This document shows positions 46,241-60,128 of a DNA stretch of 64,000 bases, piece by piece. Source of the DNA: the human T2T-CHM13v2.0 reference genome, Homo sapiens; NCBI RefSeq assembly GCF_009914755.1, contig NC_060937.1. One strand, 5' to 3'. The position numbers were made by a program, and so were the translations under genes. A model generated the notes under the pieces. It worked only from the letters and a program-made list of their open reading frames with translations, searched no databases and had not been told where the DNA came from. The stretch's first letter is position 1. Each line of letters starts with the position of its first letter.

Positions 46241-47632
46241 ACATGAAGGAGAAGCTTCAGTCCTGTACTCTCAAGGCTAGACCACATATCTAATACTGAC
46301 AATCTAGGAATAATTTTATGACAGCCAAAATCAATTTCCTTTTTAAATGAAATGTAGTCTCACTCTCTGAAAACCTTTTAAAGCTACACAGCTCCTGATA
46401 TATCTGGAATGCTGAATGGATTGCTTAGCTATCAATATTTATTATGCTATCTGACCTAGAATTTAATATTTGTCATCAGTCACTAATTTTTAAATTTTCC
46501 TGCTTACTCAAGCCATAATTAAAAAAATCTGCATTTAAATGACCATATGCTGAAGGTCAACAACAGCTGTGCAAAATATCATGGTAAGGTACCACTGAGA
46601 GTTACAAAAGAGGTAGAAGCATAATCTCAAACTTCCAGGGAATTTACAATCTAAACTCAAGCTGCCAACCAATGTGTATAGAAAGCAATTAAGTAACTTT
46701 CTTTTACAATAATCTCAGTATAGTCCTTGTTGTTCGTAATATAATTTATTATGTGTAAGAAAGCCATTATATAAAATTAACAACTTAAATATTATTTATT
46801 TTAGTACTTCAAAATGTATTTTGGAAATATATGATTACTTGTATCAATAAATTTTTAGAAGCTGCAAGCTAGAAAATGGAGTCTAAAACCAAGATTAATC
46901 TAGGCAGTTGTTTATATGAGGATAGAGTTATCTCTGTCTCCCCTCCTATTTAAACCCAATCTCTCCTTCTATGACTACAATCCCACTTCCTCAAACTTTG
47001 TCAGGGCTTCCTTCTCTGAAATATCTCTCAAATGTCTCCTTTCTTTTGCATGTTCAACCTCTCTTTCTGGTAGTTTATCTCCATCAGTAGATAAACTCTC
47101 TCAAGATTCATATGTATTAAAAAAAGACAAATGTTTTCCAAGTCCCAGAAGTATAAGATATGCCAAGTGAAATACATGTTTTTCCCTCACCCCTGACACA
47201 CATACCTTTCACAGTAATTATAGGTTGGCTTTTCCTTGTGATTTTCCCCTTCAGTGAATAGCATCACCCGTGCTAGAAACCTCGAATACATCGTTGACTC
47301 TTTCCTTTGTTTTACCCCCACTTTTAATTTATCACTAGGTCCTATTGATTTACCTTCTAACATCTTTTTAATCCAGCTACATCTTTCCATGACTAGGATA
47401 TTACCCTAATCTATTGGACAGTGTCTCTCACCTAAATCGCCTATGGCCTTTTAATGGATTTCTAGAACTCCTTGGAATTTGTTCTCCTCCATTTTCTCCA
47501 GTGCATGCATGGTGATCTTTCTAAATGCACATCCCTAGATTAAAAGACTTTAGTGTCTCCCCATCACTACCTGGGTCAAATCTGAACCTCTTACCTCAGT
47601 ATATAAGACCCTTTCTGACTTTGCTTATGTTG

Positions 47633-47633
<1 letters not shown>

Positions 47634-47673
<40 letters not shown>
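47634..47673. repeat. (CA)n microsatellite
   Basis: About 20 perfect AC units. Confidence 0.95.
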
Positions 47674-47675
<2 letters not shown>

Positions 47676-48880
47676 TTCAGAAGTCATGTTCTTTCTCATC
47701 TCTGGGTTATGTGCATGCTGTCCCCTCTCCTGGGAAATATTTCTCTGTTCTTGTGCTCCCCACTGGCCAACTTACTCACTCTAGACTCCAGTTGAAATGT
47801 CACTTACCCTAAGAAGACTTTCTTAAGTGCCACAGATTCCAAGTGACTCTGTGCTTTTCCTATCATGGTTCACCAAACTCCATGTTGTGTGAGTGATTAT
47901 TTTGGATCTGCTGAAAGGAAAAAAATGAAGTGTTACTTAATCCCAGATTTGTAACTTGGTTTTCTCTACCATCTTTTAATATATACTTATACAATGAGTT
48001 TCCAAACATGACCAAAATGTCAGGTTAAGCAACTGGAATAATTAAAAATATCCTGGCCTGAAAGTGTACTAGGATGACGATGCCTAATTATTATTGATTA
48101 CACTTATGTTTCACCCTTTTAGAAAAAATAATTTTTCTAGTACCACCTGCTATGTGATGAAATTAAACTCACTTTCAATTACCCATCAGTGTTTTCTTTT
48201 TCTCTGTTTCTTTTGATTTTGCCAAAAGTTTAAGCTTTCAATAATTAATTTAGTGAGGCATTTAAATTTGCCTATTATATTGAAAGTAATATAGTTTTAA
48301 AATCCTTTTTGAGATTTGTTTGCACAATGTCTTTAGTAATCACTGCAACATGCTTCTATATTGGTCATTTAGTAAAATAACCTATGGATACTTTTGCCAA
48401 CCCAAAAGAATCCAGACATGCAGAATATAATCAACACCATTGTGATTGATAAGCACATAAACTATCTAGCTTAAATAGCCACAGAGCTCATGATCCATGA
48501 AATGTGTCCACATACCCCACTCGACCACTATTCCATTTTAAAAAATAATTTATTTCATTTATTAAACTAATATATGTACTACATGGACTGCAACAATGCT
48601 CGTATGGAATAATAACAGCTCACTGTACCTCCCCTTTAGCTCTTGTGAATTCTAAACTCCTAAAACAATACTTTCTTCTTCTTCTTCCCCCCAGCTTTTG
48701 CAGGCATATCTCATCACATTTCTAAATAATATGTTTATACTGCTACTTTTTGTTTTTCAATTAGATCTTACTTATATGCTTATTTTTTTACTTTCAAATT
48801 TTTTAAACGTAACATACAGAAAAGGACATAAGACATGTATACTTAAAAATAATTATAAAATTTTATTATTTATAAAACAC

Positions 48881-49046
48881 GTATTATAACTGTATTACAC
48901 ATTAACATTACACATATAACTATATTACACATTACACAGATAACATTACACATATTATACGTATATTATTACACATTACACATATAACATTACACATATT
49001 ATAACTGAATTACACATTACACATATAACTGTATTACACATTAACA
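48881..49046. repeat. Degenerate AT-rich minisatellite (TATTACACATTACACATATAAC-type units)
   Basis: Repeated ATTACACAT/ATAAC motifs, bounded by identical ATAACTGTATTACACATTAACA copies. Confidence 0.8.
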
Positions 49047-49318
49047 AGTACATTTACATGAAGAATAAACTTATAAATTAATAACATCATCATCATCATC
49101 ATAATTACTGCTCCAAGGCCAAAAGATCCCCATACATCTCTTCCAAATCACAACTGTCCTCTGTCTCTCAAGAATAGCAATTGTCCTTATTTGTATAATA
49201 CATTTCCTTGCCTTCCTTTGCTTATTTTTTAAATCAACTATGTATGCATCTCTGTAAAATAGAGCTTGGTTTTCCCAGATTTTGAACTTTATATTAATGG
49301 GCTCATACAGTAGTGCTG

Positions 49319-49527
49319 CAGTTCTCCATGGGAGCAGCTCTCCCCTAGGAGACATTTGACAATGTCTGGAAACATTGTGGTTGTCACACCTGGGGAGGGG
49401 GGAACAATACTGGTGTCTACTGGTTGGGGCTAGGGATGTTCCTAGCATCCTACCAAATACAGGATAACCCCCATAACAAGCAGTTTTCTGGGCCAAAATG
49501 TCAATAGTGCTGAGGTCGAGAAACCTG
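49319..49527 (+). mobile_element. MER20 hAT DNA transposon
   Basis: gacatttgacaatgtctggaaacatt...ggccaaaatgtcaatagtgctgaggtcgagaaacctg consensus match. Confidence 0.85.
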
Positions 49528-51898
49528 TTGAAGAGGGTTCCATTGTATGGATATACCACAAAATTTAGTTATTTAAACTATAGCTGATGGAGCTTGAATT
49601 GTTTTCATTTTTGGATGAAACAATGCTTCTGTGAATATTTTGGTGTCTATATCCTGTTCATACAAGTGGTTTCTCTATAAGTGGAATGTTTTTAATCATA
49701 GGATTAGCATCTTCAACTTTCCTAGATGCTCCTCAATTGTTTCCCAAAGTGAATGTTGGATTTTTACTATTGAAAATTAAGATGTGACTTTCTTAAGCCA
49801 TAACTATCAAGCACACTTTCCTTCTACTTTTTCTTTCAATTTATTCATGTCACAGTTTTGTTTAAAACAATTTTAGTGTTTCTTTAGACAAGGTGAATTT
49901 GCTCATATCCAAGCTATATAGCTATGATTATATATATTTTTTCTATATAAGCAAGAATTTTGGGGGAGACTAACAATTGTCTAATTTCTTCTTGTTTGCT
50001 TGCTGTTCTATGTAGCTGTCATTCATTTATCCTCGGATGCTCTCATGGGACTACAAACTCCCATATGTTGTATGTTTCCTTGGAGATACTCTTCCTCTGC
50101 TCTTCTGCTTTTAACAAGACAGATTGACTGATTGCTTCATAGACAGGCTAGGTTTTTTTTCCCCTCTATCATCTTGGGAATAGCTTTTGAGTATTTCCTG
50201 TGTTGGAGTCACCTGTTTCCTGGATTCCTTCATTTTCTTCCTTAGTTTTGTGGAAACACACTTTGGCAGAGTAACTTCATATTCTACTTTTCTCAACTTT
50301 GACTGTTGAAACTCTTTTACTGTGTTTTATTTCTCCTAGCATATTTTCAGTTTCCAAGAGCACTTTCTCGATCTCTGAATGTTCCTTTTTCTCATATATC
50401 ACACTGGCTTTGCTTCTTGTTTCTTATTGCTCTGTGTTTCCTAAAAGGTCTACTGGCTTTTGCCTACTCATTCACGTTTCAAAATGTGGCACAAAGAGGC
50501 CACTGGGAAATTCTATGTACGTGGGCAGAAAGGAGCAAGAACATAGCCCATTTCAGTGAGAACCCTTCTCACTCTGATGTTGATATTTGTGGGTATTTTT
50601 TTCCCTGGGGCAGGTTATTTTTTCAGAACAGAATCTCCATTCTCTTGCTGGGACATATAAGGCTGCTAGTCACTGCTAAAAGGGATGTGGGCTAAAGATC
50701 TCACTGTTTATGGGGCAAGTCTTTGCTAAATCTTTTTTATTGCAGACAGGGGCCACATTTCTACCTTCAGCTGTTCTTGCTGTGATGAAGTCCAAAGTCC
50801 AGAGAAAATCTGGCACAACCTCTTCAGAAAATAAGTCATCTGACTTTCAACAATACTGATTATATAGGGAAATTATGGACGCCAGGATCTGTTAGACTTA
50901 GAATCAATTCTTTCATTTTTGGCCTTACTTCAGTCCCTTGTCTTCCCTTCCAAGGAAGCTGCTGCCTCCCTTCCTGAGGCAGGTCTGGGTTGTGAACCAT
51001 GTCAGCCTCCTTGCTTCTTGGATAGACATTTAGTAGAGAAAGCAAAAATCTGAATAAGTTGTCCATCTACCTGGTTTCCATCTTACACAATTTTGTTAAC
51101 ATTTCTAGTTGGCTGGTGTCATCTCTTTCATCTCTGTCCTTGTGGGTTTATATATTTATTTTTTTTTGTCATTTTAGTGGAATTTTAGAAGAAGGATGAG
51201 GAAAAACACATATATGTTTAATCCACTATATTTAACCATTAATCCTTCTCTACTACTAAAGTTACATTATATATGATACATATATGTGTAAAATATATAT
51301 ATGTGTATGTATATATATATATATATGTACAGGAAATAAGAAAACAGAGATATATTGTCCTCTGTCTCTCTCTTTCACACGCAAACACACACACACACAC
51401 ACACACAACATGCATACACACAAACTGCTTTAGATGAGGTCTCTGATGTTTTTCAGATTGTCAGTTACAAAGATCTCTTTTCTGTTCATTTTGCTCAGAT
51501 TCTCAGCCTACTCCTTTGCCTTGGCATCCCCTTCCTCTAGACTTTCATGACACCAGTTTTCTTTGTTCCTTGCAGTCTGTTCTGAATTTCTCTTCTCTGC
51601 CCAGTCTTCTTGCATTTGGGACCTCTGCCAGTTTACTCTCCATCTCTTGTTTCCTTTTTTTCTACTCTTTGACTTCTCCTCTAGTATTGCTATTCACCCC
51701 CTTCTTTAATTAGCATCTTGAAACCATAATAAACAAGTTTGTGTCTTTAACCCAGAGATGCCTCCTAATTTTCTCTGTGAATGCTCTATGATACCTTAAG
51801 TCATTATTTTCCAAATGGAATTCATTACATCTCCAGAACTCTTTTCTCTTTCAACTCAATTGCTGCCTCTCTTTTTCTTTAATATTTCTTATTTAAAT

Positions 51899-52113
51899 CA
51901 GGGGTCAGAAATATTTTTCTGGAAAGGCCAGATAGTAAATATTTTAGGCCATTTGTATGTTTCTGTTAACTATTCAACTATGCTGTTACGGTGGAAGGCA
52001 AGCTTAATCGATACATAAGCAAATGGGTCTGACTGCATTCCAATAGGATTTTATTTACAAAAACAGACCAGCAGGCTGGATTTGGCCCTCTGGCCATAGT
52101 TTGTTGACCCCTG
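51899..52113 (+). mobile_element. MER58A hAT DNA transposon
   Basis: TIRs CAGGGGTC ... GACCCCTG. Internal aaaggccagatagtaaatattttaggc. Confidence 0.88.
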
Positions 52114-54425
52114 GTCTAGGTTAATGGCCATGCTAACCAGAAACCTCTTAACTGAGCTTCCTCTCTCACATCTGGCCAGTATGCCCTGCTGACTCCGCCC
52201 TTCCAGATCTGCCCTGTTTCTACAGCCCGGCCTGCACACTTTCCTCTCTCAGAGCTGCATCTTTTCACCTGTTAATTGTGGTAGCTGTTTATCCAGTCTG
52301 TCCGCTTTCTGTCTTGTAGTCCTTTAGCCCATGTTCTACGCTGTTTTCAAAGCAGTCTTAGGCAAGCAGAACTTAATCCTGTGACTGTTTGTTGAAAATA
52401 CTCAATGTTTTGCAAATATCTATATGGTAGCGCTTCTCCAATTTTAGGTGCGTAAGGGCTACTTGAAGTATTCATTAAAGTAAATATTTCTGGGTCCCAT
52501 CCTGGGAGTTCTGATTGTATAGTTCAGAGTTGGGAGCCAGGAATTCACATTTTTAATAAATCATCCAAAATGACTCTGTGATATATGGTCTTCAGATACT
52601 TGAGAAACACTAGCCCATGGTAAAGAGCAAACAGCTATATGATTATAGTTTACCCACCAATGTGTAAGCATACAAAAATGTAAAAAGCATAGCTCTTGCC
52701 ATCTGGGAACTCACAATCTAATAGAGAAGATAGACACATAAACAAATAAAGGGAGTTAATGTGTTTTAGATATTCAAATATAGATATGTAGATGGTAAGA
52801 ATCCTGGAGTTGAGGAGAACTCATCCAAGAATGTGAGTTCTTCCTGACCTGCCTGCATCTCCAGCCCTGCCTCTCACAACCCCTCTCCAGCATGTTACGG
52901 GTCAACCCTTCACCTGAACTGGCCATGTTCCTTTACCCCTTTCACATTTCTTGGATGATAGTAATTTTTCCAGTAATGCCATTAAACCCTTCTTAGCTTA
53001 GCAAACTTCCTTTAAGGCTCAACTTGAGTACCATCTTCTTGGATGAGTTCTCCTAAACTCCGGGATTCTTACTATGCACATATCTATATTTGGGTACCTA
53101 AAATGTATTAACTGCCTTTATTTGTTTATGTGTCTGTGTTCTCTATTAGATTGTGAGTTTCCAGAGGGCAGTAGCTATGCCTTTTGCATTTTTGTATACT
53201 TATACATTGGTGGTATTTTATATAGTACATATACTAACATGTATTGATTGGATGTAAGAATTAGTAAATATATTAATATTTATATTTTATAGATAATTAA
53301 ACTGAAGCTCTGATATGTTAACTGACTTGTTTGAGGTCAACTAAATTGCAGACACAATCAAGGATATCACACTTTTTGGACTTTCGTTGTTTTTCTGATC
53401 ATACATACTTCCTTTCTAACATGATAGGGTTATTCCCTCTGCTCAAGTGAGTCTTGAATCCGGGAAGTGTTCAACAGGACTTCTAAATTTGATTATACTT
53501 ATTCAATCTTTTGATTTTTAAATGTGTGTCATTTCAAAGGCTGACTAATAATGTTTGCTAGTCAGTCAGTCATGCCAGAGTCACTGCTTTCTATAAGCTT
53601 GGCCTGTACAATTTTTGAATTTCTGGACCTCTACATCTTTGAGCTGCACATCTCTTGGTTTTCTTCGGCTTATGTAAATTATATTTTTTCTGCATACTTT
53701 TACTATAATAAATTGTGATGGCATTATTATTATTATTGCTTAACAACTAACTGTTCAAGAAAACAAAGGCTCTTTTTGGCAACTGCTCTACGAGAGTATT
53801 TCCTATGTTATCCTTTTCTGTACTTCTCATATGGCCCTTGGGATTCAGAACACTTGTATTTTGAAGTGCCAGCTAAAATTAGGCAGCTGAAATCCAGGAA
53901 AGGTCAGGGGTAAATGATAGCAACCTCTGGAATACTCGGCTGGGTTTGACCTTACTGTCTGGGAAAAAAGCAATTGCTAATTCTGGATTATTTTTGTTGG
54001 GTGAAGAAAGGGATTACATGCTGAGAGACACAGACAGGTGAACTTCTGCAGCAATCAGTATGCAGTTATTTAGTGCTCATTTCATTTTGCCTCATATTAA
54101 AGTTTATCATCACTGTCTCTTATCAAGTAGGGACCTTGCATTTTGTGAATTTCATCTCATCTTTCACATAGAAAACACTCAAAAAAAGCTTGTGAAATGC
54201 AATGAGCAATCCCTAAACCTCATTTCAAACTTTCACCTTTGCTAAGGTACAATAATGATGAAACAATGAAGTGCTCCAAAGGCAGGGAACCAAAGAAAGG
54301 AAGACCAAAGAGGCCATTGGAAACTATTACCCGGAAAATCAACCTTGGGAAGTTGCATGTCTGTATATCTGTTTCTTCACAACAATGAAACACACAGTCC
54401 AGCCCAGAGACCAGAAATGTGGCAT

Positions 54426-54431
54426 TTTAAT
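54426..54431 (-). terminator. Distal EDNRB polyadenylation signal ATTAAA
   Basis: Minus strand reads ...TTCAATTAAAATGCCACATTTCTGGTCTCTGGGCTGGACTGTGTGTTTC. Confidence 0.7.
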
Positions 54432-55363
54432 TGAATAACTTCATACTTGCTTGATAATTGTATATTTAACATAAATAATGTCCACTTGTCACATTTATAT
54501 TTCTTTTAAACAATCAATTAGTATTTAATGAATTAGTGTCTGTACAGTGAAAAATAAGGTAGTTGTTAAAAAAACTTAAATTTTTATTGGTTTTGCTTAC
54601 ATAATAAAAAATCAGTAACTATAGCCACTTTAGGCAACCAAAAAATCCTCCCAGATATATAATTTTTTACATTGTTATATTACACTTTTATAAAGTTAGC
54701 TACAGCATACCCATGTTTTGCTATAAACTGTATTCCTTTGGCCATATGTAAGCTATCAATACTAAAAGGTGTTTGAACATACATCCACATTAGCAGTGGA
54801 TAATAAGGGAGAAAATAGGTTAAAATCTTTTATAAATCTTTTGAGCTGTAACATCCATGTTAACAATAATTTTGTCTGTTGCTATATTAAAGTCCTTAAT
54901 ACTAGGAAACATGTTTTGAAGTTGAACGATAGCACCTTTTTCTATCTTGGTTTTGAGTATGTAAAGAAATTATAATTGTTTCTTACTTATCAGTATGTTA
55001 AAGTTTTGAATCAAACATTTTTTTAAAAAGCCACTGAATGCAATTTTATTATAAATAATGCAAGTATGCTTTTTGTGTGTAGTTTCAAAATTTGGCAAGA
55101 TAATTAGAGAACATGATACTGACATGGAGAAGGAAAGGGTATCAGGATGTAAAAATTCAGTACATGGTAATAAAAATAATCTAAAATTTAAATAGAAATT
55201 AAATATATTAATAAACTGTGAAAATATTAGTGATTCAAAATTAATTTAAAATTGAGAGTCTAAAATGACTTCTATGATAACAGGCCTCTGAAAAAGTGAT
55301 TGGGATGAAATTAAAGAACAAGTTTGTGGGTGATTTATAAATAGAATCCATATGGTGTGTGAA

Positions 55364-55480
<117 letters not shown>

Positions 55481-56087
55481 CTATTAAAAGAAAAACAAAG
55501 TAAAAATTTGGGCATATTTTAAGACCGAGTTAAAGCTCTTGGGCCCAATTTATTTCGAAAGTCACTCTGAGAACATTGCACTGTGTTTTGCTGGAACAAA
55601 ATCAGGACCTTTTGCATTGATGTGACGAGGCAATGACGAACGTTAGGCTAAGAATGGGAATCTGTCCCCATGGGTTTCCTCCAACCCCACCTCATTTCCT
55701 CTCTCTTCCGTTTTCTCTTGTACATACTTTCACACACATCTCATCCCAAGCTATCCTAAGGCACTTTGCTTAGAAGATATAAAAATTAGGCAGGAACGCA
55801 CAAAGCTAAGAGGTTCTTACGGTCTCAAAAAGCAGTTTTGCCTCTAGATGAAAGAAAAGCACCATGTCAAGCAAACTTTTCTATTGGCTATTTACAAAAA
55901 TAATACAAAAATTAGTAATAAGCTTTACAGGTAGCTGTTAAATGTACTAATCTGTATGATTTTGAAAAATAGTATTTTAACTATAGCATTATACATATGC
56001 TAGAAACCATTTTAACCACAGCATGGGTGAGAGAGGGTGCTACCTGCCCCTTTGTCATGTGGACACTGCACCAGGCAGTTCACAGTC

Positions 56088-56093
56088 TTTATT
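56088..56093 (-). terminator. Intermediate EDNRB polyadenylation signal AATAAA
   Basis: Minus strand reads CATAATAAAGACTGTG, about 1.03 kb past the stop codon. Confidence 0.55.
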
Positions 56094-56390
56094 ATGAGGT
56101 CACTGGCATCTCTCCATCGTAAAGCTATGAGCACAGGGCCTGCCCTCATTTAATCATCTACATGCAGTGTATGTAGGTAAGTATTTACAGATGACAAAAC
56201 CAAACAGAGTTTAAGCTACGATAGTGAAAGAAGAAGATTTTAATAATCCTGAAAAAATTGTAGATAGTATTGTCTTCACAGGGTATGTGAATGACAGATT
56301 CAAAAAAGTCTTTTGGGATAGCCTTTCAAACATTCTATTTCTCTTTGTGAGGTTTGATCTTAACTGAATGTAAAGGATGTAATAATTTTC

Positions 56391-56510
56391 TTTTTAAAAG
56401 TATTATATTTTAAATTCAGCTGGCACATGTGCCAGTCTGTTACATGCTGCTTGTTTGTGACATGTTGGTTACATATTGCAGAATGCTGAGGTTTGGGCTT
56501 CTAGTGAAAG
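56391..56510 (-). mobile_element. Very short L1 3' end (L1PB/old L1PA-like) within the EDNRB 3' UTR
   Basis: L1-terminus-like sequence flanked by a 13-bp imperfect TSD TGTAAT(A/G)ATTTTC at 56378-56390 and 56511-56523. Confidence 0.65.
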
Positions 56511-57121
56511 TGTAATGATTTTCAAAAACAGCCTTGCTCTTTCTGTTACTCCCTCCTGATCATTTAAATGTTTCCAGTGTCCGAAAAATGCAACAACTAA
56601 ACTGCTCTCTCATTTGCATCTAATTACAATCTGATAATAGTGTGATAATATTAATTGAAAAGTTGTTTTAAAGGATTTTAAAATTTTAAATTGAGTAATT
56701 TAAGCTTCATTTAAAAGTTCTGTTTTACAGTGACTTATTCTTCCTTTATATCAGAGTCCCATTGATTTAAAAATAAATCTCTTTTTAGAAAGAATAGAAA
56801 TTCTGAGTGAGCTCATTTTTAAGCCTAAGTGTTGTGTGAATATCCTGGAAGTTGTTAAGAGCTATGTTGAAGTGCTAACTGTAAAAAATTAAGTGCTTTC
56901 ACGACGAGGCTTTCTTAATTCCCACTGATTTTCTTTCCATGCCGTAAACAGCTCATAAAATGTCATATGTAGCTGTGAGTGTTAAAATAATTACACTTAA
57001 TATTTTAATAGTGTGCTGTGCAAATACATAGTTTTTTGTTTTGTTTTGGCAAATGTTTCATTTTGTTTTAATGACTTCGGTCCAATATAAAGAAAATGAA
57101 ATACAGTGAATAGTTCTTCTT

Positions 57122-57256
57122 TCAAGATGAGCTGTATTTATTACTGGAACGGAAGTTGTCATATCCGTGATCATTAGCTTTGAACTTTAAGCACGACTGC
57201 TTTTCCTCCAAGGACTGTTTTTCTTCAAATGACTGGCACCAGCAGCATAAGCATGA
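57122..57256 (-). CDS. EDNRB: Endothelin receptor type B, last coding exon (exon 7)
   Basis: Translates [46 protein letters not shown] acceptor at 57257-57258. Contains the palmitoylated Cys cluster. Confidence 0.98.
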   Translation of the reverse strand, partial: SCLCCWCQSFEEKQSLEEKQSCLKFKANDHGYDNFRSSNKYSSS

Positions 57257-58746
57257 CTGTACAAAACAAAGTAACTCATTATATGTTAACATCAGTCACC
57301 TTTCCCAACTCTTCCTCCTCTCCAGGGTTCTGACTTTCTTTGTATGATTAGGAGTTCTTGGGCCCTTTCTTTCAGTGCTCTTTTATTTTCCCTCTTAAAA
57401 GAATATAATCACAGTAGTAGCATATGATAATTTTTTAACTAAAAAAATGCAGAGAAGAAAAAAACCTACATAGTTAAAATTTCTCAACAAGAGAAAGCCA
57501 CTTTTAATTGATATTTACTCTTGGTTATTTGATAATATTTGATAAACATATAATTCAAGACTTTTCCCCATGAAAACAGAAATATTTGCACATACATGAA
57601 ATAAATAAATTATACACATGTATATGTGCACGTGCTGGAGAATGTGAGTATAATTATTTTACTGAGACTGTACTGTATGTATACTCCATAACCTTGTAGA
57701 TACTTTCACAAACATCTCATCCCAAGTTATTCTAAGCCACTTTGCTGAGAAGATTTAACCTGCTTTTTCTCACTTGACAGTGACATAAATATCTTCTCAT
57801 GTCAATGAATTTAATACTGCTTTCCTATTTTTTCAGCCATGTATTCTCATATCTCTTTTCAATATTGGTAAACAATAAGGTTATATAGTACAAAAGCATC
57901 TCAGTTTTCTTCAATTTTTTTCTTGAAGTTTTTTTAAATATAAAAATTTTTTCATTCTGCTTGTCTTCTGTTCATTCTATTTGTAAAAGAAAATGAGAAG
58001 TCCACTGTTTTATGTCTTATAAAATGAGGGTGTTGATCCTGATGGAAGTTCTCTTCCAACTCTAAAATTTGAGTTATGAGTGGGCGAAGAATGTTATAGG
58101 CTGCCTTAGTGTTTACGCGGGAGCTACGTTCTTAGCTTTCCAGTAGTGAAATACCATGGACAAATGGATGATTTTCACATTAGGGGAGGGGATATTTTAT
58201 TTCATGTTAGATTGTTGAAGGAGTGAATGAATAGAAGGATGATAAAATGCAAGCAGCTGAAGAAGGAATTATATGTATTTCACATTGAACAGCACATCAC
58301 TGTTATACAAAAAAGGAAGAAAGAGGTAAAACCTAAACTATTTTTTTTTGTTTACCTTGCTATTCTCACAGTCCATGTGAAAAAGGAACTAATTTAGTTA
58401 TAATAATAATTGCAGCTGCGAAGTTCAGAATCTACCAAAAACAGGGAACAGGGCCTTTAATTCATGTTTAGCCCTTATTTTATTATGTGATGCCTATCAG
58501 ACATCAATGCATGTAATTTTTATTACTTTTTGGTCAACAATTCCATGAGTGTAACTGATTGGCTGAGGCAGTAGGGAGTGGCTGACTAGGATTTATAGGA
58601 AAAAACAATTATAGTGATTTACAAGCAAAAGTTGTATTTAAAAAAATCATCCATGATGTAATAAAAGGGAAACTATAAGATAATTTACTAAATCTGTCTG
58701 GATAGATATATTAGCAGTTTTGAAAGCTTATATTTGAGCCATATTA

Positions 58747-58926
<180 letters not shown>

Positions 58927-59440
58927 CTATTCTGAACATGTAGTCATTGTAGCTTCTGTGCTTTTGTAAGGAAAAAAAATGCCAATATACAATGGTTCTA
59001 AATTTATCACTCGTCTTTGCTAACAATGATTCTCTGCCTGTCTCTGTCTGTGTCTCCCTCTAACTCTAGCATTTCTACTGACTTTCCTCCATTTCCCCTT
59101 CCCAGGCCCAATTCTTCTCTTTTAAAATAAAATCTCATTTGGAAGTACTGAAGCTGGCTGAAAAGAAGAAATTTAGAAAACGCGTTGGAGAATCGGACCT
59201 GACATTTTCCGCCTTGGCACTCACTCATCATCTTGACAACTCTGACTCTCTGTCCCCAGTGTTCTTCATACCCCCCCTTCCCTGTCCCTCTCAACAGGAC
59301 CTCAGATAAAAATTGGGAGTCTCCATGACTTCCTAAGGGTTAGAAAAATGGTAGTCTGTCTTTCTGCCTATAAAAAAGATCGATGGAAACACTTCTGAGT
59401 GGCATTTATTTACAAAACCATTTCTAGTTTGCCTTTCTTA

Positions 59441-59617
<177 letters not shown>

Positions 59618-59945
59618 TTACTCATAGCATTCTATCTTCTAAAACGACATTTAATATTGTCTACAAAAAGTCAGTGGCATATGTAAAAACTCAGGACACT
59701 GAGCTTTATATGGAATAGTTAATGTGAAGTGGAACCGAAGTGACTAGAGATTCATCTTTAAAAAGTTCTGATTCTCCCTAGATCCTTTTAGATTATATAG
59801 AATATCTCCAAATAAATAATATAAAAATATTCTTTATCTATTTAAAACTACCAGAAACAAGAAAAAGGAAATATGCTCTGGTATATAATAATGTTAGTTT
59901 ATCATCATCATCATCATAATTTTCATATTCATAATTATAAATTCA

Positions 59946-60128
<183 letters not shown>

